Shown here: piece after piece, positions 40,555-49,500 of the stretch
How positions within the stretch are numbered: the first letter of the stretch is position 1
Layout: the number at the start of each line of letters is the position of its first letter
From: an uncultured Verrucomicrobiales bacterium
GTDB taxonomy: Bacteria; Verrucomicrobiota; Verrucomicrobiia; Verrucomicrobiales; DEV007
Assembly (NCBI GenBank): GCA_938091905.1
Contig: CALKOM010000052.1
Span: 1-54,339 of the forward strand
Length of the DNA: 54,339 nt
Reading direction: 5' to 3'
Position numbers and translations under genes: made by a program
The notes under the pieces: model-generated
Databases searched by the model: none
The model's input: only the letters and a program-made list of their open reading frames with translations
Told to the model about the DNA's origin: nothing

Positions 40555-43500
40555 ATGAGAATACAGGTCACTGCTAGTTTCACGGCCGAGCCTCTAGAGC
40601 AGCCTCTTGTATTTTTACTTGAAGCTCTCGGTCATCGGCCGCAGGTGGTTTTCTCGCCCTTCAATCAGGTTGTCCAACAGGTACTCGACCCGCGCAGTGA
40701 CGTAAGGACGGCCACCGAGGCGCACCAAGTCTTCCTTATCCGGCCCCGCGACCTTGCGCACGACAATCCTTCAGAAAGCCTTCGCGCCTTTGAGCAAGCG
40801 CTAGAAGAGTATGGTGGTCGACTCGGTCGTTCGAACTTAGTCTTATTCTGCCCGCATCCGGAGAAAGGTGCCACTGGTGCCGATCTCGAAGCGTCGGCCT
40901 CTGCAAGGCTGTCCGCTTTAGGGAACGTTGTTGTTGGTAACGAGGAGCTCTTGGATCTCCTTGGCACCCACGAAACGTTTGACCGAGAAGCCGAGGAAGC
41001 CGGAAATGTGCCATTCACCGACGAGGGCTTCGCGGCCTTAGCCATTTGCATTGCCCGTCAACTGCATGCCTGGAGTAGTCCCTCAAGGAAACTCCTTGTC
41101 ACGGATGCCGACAACACACTGTGGCGGGGCGTGCTTGGAGAGGATGGTCTCGATGGTATTGTCATCGACGAGCCAGCCCGGGTCTTGCAGGCCTTTCTCC
41201 AGACTCAGCGTAAGCGGGGATTCTTGTTAGCGCTGAGTTCAAAGAACGATGCCGGTGATGTCACAAAGGTACTGGAAGAACATCCTGGTATGCTTCTACG
41301 GGACGATGATTTCGTGGCGCAGAAAATAAACTGGGAACCCAAGTCGACCAACATTCGTGAGCTTTGTCAGGAACTTGGACTAGGAATGGACAGCGTTGTG
41401 TTCATTGATGACAATGCTGCCGAGACTGCTGAAGTCACTGCGGGGTGTCCGGGTGTTCTAGCAATCACACTGCCGGAAGATCGTGGGGAGATTGAGTCGA
41501 TGCTCACACAGAGCTGGGCATTTGACTTGGGATCACCACGGACGGAAGAGGACGAACGCCGCACAGAACTCTACGCGGCCCAAGCCTCGCGGGAGAGTTT
41601 ACAGCAGGAAAGTGATAGTTTTGCAGCCTTTCTTGAGGGGTTGCAATTGGAAGTCGATTTGTCAGTGGTCACGTCTAAAGAGCGTGATCGCGTGGCTCAG
41701 CTCAGCACCCGAACCAATCAGTTCAACGCATGTAAGTCACCCTTCCAGGCACATGAACTTGCAGAGCGGCAGGCACACGGAGCCATCGCTCATCGCGTTG
41801 CTGCTTCCGATCGATTCGGGCAATATGGAGTGGTTGGTGCCATGATTTCAGAAAGCACCGACCGGGCTCTTAAGGTCTCCGCGTTCTTTCTAAGTTGCCG
41901 TGCTCTGGGCAAAGGCGTTGAGCGCCACATGATTCGACAGTTGGGTCAACAAGCCCTTGAGGCATCGTTAGGAAAGATTGAGGTGGCCTTCAACGATGCC
42001 GAAAGAAACGGGGTATGCCGAGCATTCTTTGAAGAAGCGGGGGCGATCGAGCGGGATGGCATGTTTATCTTGGACGCTCAAGCGTCGGCGGATCTTGAAC
42101 TCATCCCGACGAGTGATTCATCGCTGGCGTCAAACCCTCTACCTGTGAGCCGCGTTTCTGTCACAACGTGGAACGATGTTCAGCACGTGATTACTCAGTG
42201 GGCTGATCCTGGTAGACTGGCCGACCACTTGGCGGCAACTCGTTCGCCGCGGCCGGATCTGAGCGAGCCCGTTGTCGGTCCCAAGACACCTTTGGAGAAA
42301 CGTTTGCTTGAGCTCTGGGAAGCGGTGCTGGGTCTTGAGGGATTGGGTGTGGAAGATCGATTCTCTGCACTTGGAGGGAAGTCTCTCCATCTCGTGCGGC
42401 TCCACGCGCGCCTAGTGCGAGACTTCAAGGCAGATATTTCTCTAACAGATCTATTTGAGCTGCCAACAGTGAGGTCATTGGCACAACGCCTTGAGGGTGA
42501 AACCCAATCGTCGCGGATACCGATCAGCACTTCCGAACGGGAACCGAGTGAACCCATTGCCATCGTGGGCATGGCCGTCCGTGCACCGGGTGCCAACTCG
42601 GTGGAAGAATTCTGGGCAAACCTACGTGATGGCGAGCGTACATTGCATTCGTTCACGGACGAGGAACTGGCGTCTGCGGGAGTTGATGTCGCCGAGGTCC
42701 GTCAAGATCCCAAGTATGTTCCGGTCAAAGGCTGCCTTGATAAGCTTCAAGAATTCGATGCTGCCTTCTTCGGTATTTTGCCGAAGGAAGCCAAACACAT
42801 GGATCCGCAACAACGGATCTTTCTCGAGCTTGCCTGGGAAGCACTCGAACGTGGAGGGTATGATCCCGACACCTATGCCGGAAAGGTTGGGCTTTGGGCC
42901 GGTTCGTATCTAGATACTTACGTTATTGCCAACCTACTTACGGACAAAGCGTTCCATGCACAGTGGATTCCGTCGATTCAGGTGGGCTCCTTGCAGACTG
43001 AGCTCGGAAATGACAAAGATTACCTTGCTACGCGTGTCTCGTTTAAGTTGAACCTTCGCGGCCCGAGCATGACGGTTCAAACTGCGTGCTCTACCTCGAT
43101 GGTGGCTATTGCTCAAGCGATTCAAAGTCTGCGTGCAGGCGAGTCAGACATGGCTATGGCCGGTGGCGTTACGATAACGTTGCCGGAAAAGAAGGGCTAC
43201 TACTACACTGAGAACGGTATGCTATCGAAAGATGGCCGTGTCTGTACCTTTAGTGATGAAGCTAGTGGTACGGTTTTTGGTAACGGGGCAGGGATCGTGG
43301 TGCTTAAACGACTCGCTGATGCGCAACGTGACGGCGACCATATTCACGCTGTTATCCGTGGCGCCGCTTTGAACAACGACGGTGGAGTCAAGCACAGTTA
43401 CACGGCACCCAGTGTCGACGGCCAGGTTGAGGTCATCATGATGGCACAGCAGGACGCTGGTGTGGAACCTGAGACAATCAGTTACATCGAGGCTCACGGC

Positions 43501-46500
43501 ACAGGAACACCGCTAGGCGACCCGATCGAGGTGGCCGCACTCACCAAATGTTTCCGTCAGCAAACCGACGCGAAATCGTTCTGTACACTCGGGTCTCTCA
43601 AGCCGAACATTGGCCATCTCGATGTCGCTTCGGGGGTTTGCGGCGTGATCAAGACGGCGCTTTCTTTAGAGCATGGTCAGATACCACCACTGCTGCACTA
43701 TGAGCGGCCGAATCCAAAGATCAATTTTGAAACCAGCCCATTCCGAGTCCAAACTAGTCTAACGGATTGGGTGAGTGATAACGGCCCTCGTCGCGCCGGT
43801 GTGAGTTCTTTCGGTGTGGGTGGCACGAATGGCCACATTGTTTTGGAAGAAGCGCCCACGCAAGTAGAACGCTCTTTTTCCAAACGTCCCGCGCAGCTGT
43901 TCCTCATGGCGGCACGCACCGAGTCAGCTCGCGATGAGGTGGCGTCTCGTTTAGCCAAAGTATCTGCGGACACCAACTTTGCGGACGCTGCCTTTACCAC
44001 CGCTATTGGACGACGCGCCTTTGCAAAGCGGCGCATCTGCGTGGCAGGCAATTGGGAATCACTCTCGGAGCGATTGTCAGGTGGTAAGGTTCAAGACGGC
44101 TCGCCTGCCAGCGCTGCGGACCCTCTGAACTTCATGTTTCCAGGGCAGGGCGCTCAGCACGTTGGCATGGCCTGTGAGCTGTATGAGTGTGAGCCTGTCT
44201 TTCGGGATCACATCGATTTCTGCGCCACCTACCTGGAGGAACAGATCGGTGCCGATTTACGCGACGTCCTTTACCCAGAGGTTGCTGATGAAGCCGCTAC
44301 AAATCGTCTGAAGGAAACGGCCTTTGCCCAACCGGCCATCTTTGTCATTGAGACCGGGCTGGCGAAACTCTGGCAGTCGTGGGGAATTTTACCTGCAGCC
44401 ATGATTGGTCATAGTGTTGGGGAATTTGCAGCAGCATGCATCGCGGATGTTTTCTCACTTAAAGAAGGCCTAACAATCCTTGCCACGCGAGGGAAACTCA
44501 TGGGAGATTTACCTGGAGGCGCCATGCTTTCGGTGCGCTTGTCAGAGGATGCGATTCAATCATACGTAGGTGATGCTGATCTTGCGGCGGTGAACGGGAA
44601 GGACCTGTGCGTTCTCGCGGGCAGCAACGATATGATCGCTGCGGTAGAAGCGCGACTCGAGTCAGATGGCGTGACTGTGAAACACTTGCACACATCGCAC
44701 GGATTCCACTCGCGGATGATGGATCCTGTGATCGATCCGTTCGCCGCAGAGATTTCAAAAGCAACGCTGCGTAAGCCAGAGATCCCCATCTTCTCGACGG
44801 TTACAGGAGATTGGTTAACCGAAGCAGATGCCTGTGACCCAGATTACTGGGCGCGCCATCTGCGCCAACCGGTACGTTTCTTTGAATCGATCCGCACGTT
44901 GGCTGCCACGCAAGAGAATCAGACGTTCGTCGAAGTAGGGCCAGGCCAGACTCTGGCCACACTTGGCCGCCAATCCGTGGGCGGCGAAGGTGGTCACGGT
45001 TTCCATGCGAGCAGCGCGCCCGCTTCGGGCGGTGCCTCGGATTACGAGCAGTTGCTGACGACTCTGGGACGCCTGTGGCTGAACGGTGCGGACGTTGACT
45101 GGCAAAGCTACTACGCCATCGAAACCCATCGACGCGTGGTGCTTCCACCTTATCCGTTCGAACGCAAGCGTCACTGGGTCGATCCAACGCCCATGACTGC
45201 GGATCCTAACATCTCTTTAGCTCTTCCCGAAACCAACCCTGTTCCTGTCGCAACCACCACCACTACGCCAGTTATCATGCCCACCACACCACCGCGCAGA
45301 GACCGACTCGCAGCCAAGATGCGCGAGAGCCTCAGTGAATTGTCCGATATCCCAGAAGAGGAACTCGATGGCGACGCCTCTTTCCTCGAATTAGGCTTCG
45401 ACTCCCTGTTATTGACGCAAGTGAGTAAGGCGTTTCAAGACGACTTTGGAACCAAGGTGACGATGCGTCAGCTCATCGATGAGTTGCCAAGCATCGATGC
45501 GATGGTTGATCATCTCGATGCGACACTGGATCCCAGTGCTTTCGCGCCAGAGGAGTCGCCCGTATCAGCCGCCGAGGCCGCACCTGCGGTGCCAGCGGCT
45601 ACTGTAACTCAAATGGCTGCACCGGCGCTCGTTCCCACAGCGGTGATGCCTGCAGCACCGATGTCTGCTCCTACCATGCCAGCAGTGAGTGCAGACAGTG
45701 GCTTGTTAGGCACCGTCATCAATCAGCAAATGACGCTGATGCAGCAGCAACTCTTGCTCTTGCAAGGCGGTGTATCTGCGCATGCAACCGCGCCATCTCC
45801 AATGGCGGCCCCTGCCTCTGCTGCGCCCATAGTGCAGGAATTAGCGTCCGCGCCGACTCCCACTCCAGAGCCAAAGAAGGATGCGCCAACACAGGCGGCT
45901 TACGGTCCTTACAAACCGATCAATCGTATTCGCGACGAAGGCCTTTCGAATGAGCAAAAGGCGTTCATTTTGGATCTCACCAAACGTTATAATGCTAAGA
46001 CTGCGGGCTCGAAAGAGCGCACTCAGAAGTATCGTCATTGCTTTGCCGATCCTCGCACCGCAAATGGCTTCAACCGTTTGTGGAAAGACATGTGTTATCA
46101 GATCGTGGTCGAGAAAGCCAAGGGGCCGCGTCTCACCGACATCGATGGCAATGACTACATTGATATTGTGAATGGCTTTGGCCCTGGATTCTTGGGCCAT
46201 TCCCCGGACTTCGTGACCGAAGCGCTTAAAGATCAGTTAGACAAGACCATCGCCGTAGGACCTCAATCTGAGTTCGCTGGCGAAACGGCTGAGCTGGTCT
46301 GTAAACTCGTCGATGCAGAACGCGTGTGTTTCGTTAATACAGGATCAGAAGCCGTGCAAGGGGCCATGCGGTTGGCTAGGACCGTGACTGGCAAGGACAA
46401 GGTTGTGGTTTTTTCAAAGGACTACCACGGCAACTTTGACGAGGTGCTAGTGCGTGGTGCAAACAAGAAGGGCAAGATCAAGTCCCTCCCGATTGCACCG

Positions 46501-49500
46501 GGCATTCCTCGCAGTGCCGTCGATGAAATCATCGTACTTGACTACGGCACGGACGAGGCACTGCAAACGATTGGTGAGATCGCTGGTGACATCGCGGCCG
46601 TGATGATCGAGCCCATGCAAAGTCGCCGTCCGGAATTCCAGCCGGTCGAGTTTGTCAAAGAGGTGCGCAAGATTACCGAAGACGCTGGTTGTCTCTTCAT
46701 CTTCGATGAAGTCATCACAGGCTTCCGTACGGGACCCGGTGGCGCTCAGGATTACTATGGCGTCAAAGCTGACCTTGCGACTTATGGCAAGGTGATCGGC
46801 GGTGGGATGCCTGTTGGCCTGGTGGCTGGCAAGGCGGAGTTCATGGATACCTTCGATGGTGGTCAATGGCAGTATGGAGATGATTCCTTCCCGGAGAAAC
46901 CGGTCACTTTCTTCGCAGGGACCTTTGTCAGGCACCCGCTGACCATTGCTGCGGTGAATGTTATGGCCAAGTTCTTCCTCGATCAGCCGCAGTCTTACTG
47001 GGATGAAGTCTATGCCAAAGCGGCTCGGCTCGCTGGCACAATCGATCAATTCTTTGCCGATGAAGGCATCGGTATTCGAATGGTGCAATTCAGTTCGCAG
47101 ATGTTTGTGCGGGTCTCGGACGAGGAGAAGTATGGCGGTCTGCTGTTCTGCCAGTTGCGTGAGAAGGGGGTCTTCATTCTGGAAGGATTGCCCTGCTATT
47201 TAACGACCTCTCACACCGATGAGGATATCGACTTTGTCATCAACGCGGTGAAAGAGGCGGTGGCAGAAATGCGTCAAGGCGGCTTCTTCGGAGGACCCGA
47301 TGGCGGTGGAGATTGCCTGGGAAAGCCCTTGGGGGCGCAGTGTCAGACGGAGGCCGCTCTGGCGAAAGCGCCGGTCACAGCGGCCCAACAGGAGATTTGG
47401 TTAGCCTCTCTTCTTAAACCAGAAGCTTCTTGTGCCTTTAACGAGGCGACAACCTTGCACATGCGAGGTCGGGCAAATCGTGGGCATCTGCAGGCAGCTC
47501 TAAACGAAGTGGTTGCGCGTCACGACGCCTTGCGTGCAACGTTCTCCGAGGACGGCACGACGATGCAGTTTGCCGAAAGGTTAACGGTCGATCTGCCTCA
47601 GTATGACCTAACGGATGTAGACGCCGAAACTCGGAAAGCTAAGCTTGATGTCTTTAGACGAGAAGAGGCGATGAACACCTTCGATCTCGTCAACGGGCCG
47701 CTGATTCGCGGCTTCGTGGTAGAGTTAGGTGAAACTGAGTCGATTTTGTTTCTAACGGCACACCATCTGGTGTGTGATGGCTGGTCTTACAATGTGCTGC
47801 TTGAAGAGCTAAGTGAACTCTATAGCGCGAAAGTGCGTGGAGAACGACCATCGCTTAAGCCGGCTCCTGCCTTTGGGCGTTATGCGATGACCAAAGCTGC
47901 CATGAATGGCAACGACGACGCCATGGCGTTCTGGGAAAACATTTATACCAGTCCGCCGGAACCCCTGGCCTTGCCGACGGATCGGCCTATTGTCAAGACT
48001 GATTCCTTCACGGGCGATACCGAGCGCCATGTCTTGTCCAAAGACGTTTTCAAGGCTCTGAAGCGTATCGGGGCTAAGCAGAAATGCACGGCATATCAGA
48101 CCCTGTTAGGTACATTTGAGGTCTTCTTGGCGAAATTGACAGGCCAGAACGACTTTGGGGTAGGCACGCCTGCTGCAGGCCAGACGCTTGAAGAGGACGA
48201 CGGCATTGTGGGCCATTGTGTGAATTTCTTACCGATGCGGGCCCGAGTGAATCAGAAGGAGAGTTTCAATGAGCATCTTGGTGGCGTGCGTCAGCGAGTG
48301 TTAGAGGCTTTTGAGCACCAGGACTTTACCTACGGTGAACTTCTTCCCAAGCTCAACCTACCGCGTCAAGCCGGGCGCAAACCACTCGTGGAGGTGCAGT
48401 TCAACGTCGAACGCACGGATTACCATGATGAGTTTGAAGGCTTGGAAACCACGTTTGATGCGGTCTCCAAGCGGTTCGTCAATTTCCCACTTTTCTTCAA
48501 TATCATCGACTCTCGTGAAGGCTTGGTCATTGATTGTGACTACAAAACAGAGCTTTTCGACCCAGAAACGATCCAACGTTGGTTCGCACATTTCGAAACG
48601 CTCATCACGAACCTTTCCGAGTCGCCCGAGCAGGCGCTTGCTGAAGTCTCTTTGGTTAGTCTGCATCAATCTAAGCTGCTGTTGGAAAAGTTTAACAACA
48701 CGGCACGAGATCTCTCCTCCGCTCCGCTGGGTGCCTGTGTGCATGAACTCTTTGAGCGACAGGTGGCTGCTAACTCGAAAGCGATCGCGCTTCGACGAGG
48801 CGACGACACTCTGAGCTACGGGGCTCTCAATACGCGCGCGAATCAGTTTGCTCATCGTTTGGTTGAGATGGGGGTGAAGCCAGGCACGCTTGTCGGTGTG
48901 CTGGTTCCACGATCGTTCGATCTAGTTGCGGCGTTGTTAGGCATTCTGAAGGCAGGTGGTGCTTATGTGCCCATCGATCCGAATTATCCCGCAGAACGTA
49001 TCGACTACATGCTAGAGGATAGTAAGGCTCCTGTGCTGATATCTTCAGAGATCGAAAACTTCGAGGGCACCCAGGTCCTGCATCCAGATTCGCTAGATAG
49101 CGGTAGTATGGTAGAGAATATTGGAACCAAGGCGTGTTCTGAAGATCTTGCCTATGTGATATACACGTCTGGGTCGACTGGCAACCCCAAGGGATCAATG
49201 ATTCCTCATCGCGGTATTGTCAGGTTGGTTAAGAATACGAATTATGCGGAGTTCACTGAGGAAGATGTCTTTCTCCAAGCGGCTGCTATTTCGTTTGATG
49301 CCTCAACGATGGAGCTTTGGGGGCCTCTTCTCAATGGGGGGTCGTTAGTTCTGCCTCCGCCAGGGATTCCATCGCTCGAAGATATCGGCGATCTGATCAA
49401 GAAGCACGGTGTGACGACTCTTTGGCTGACCTCAGGACTTTTCCAATTGATGGTGGACGAGCATTTGGATGCGCTCGTGGGCGTGAAGCAAGTGCTAGCA

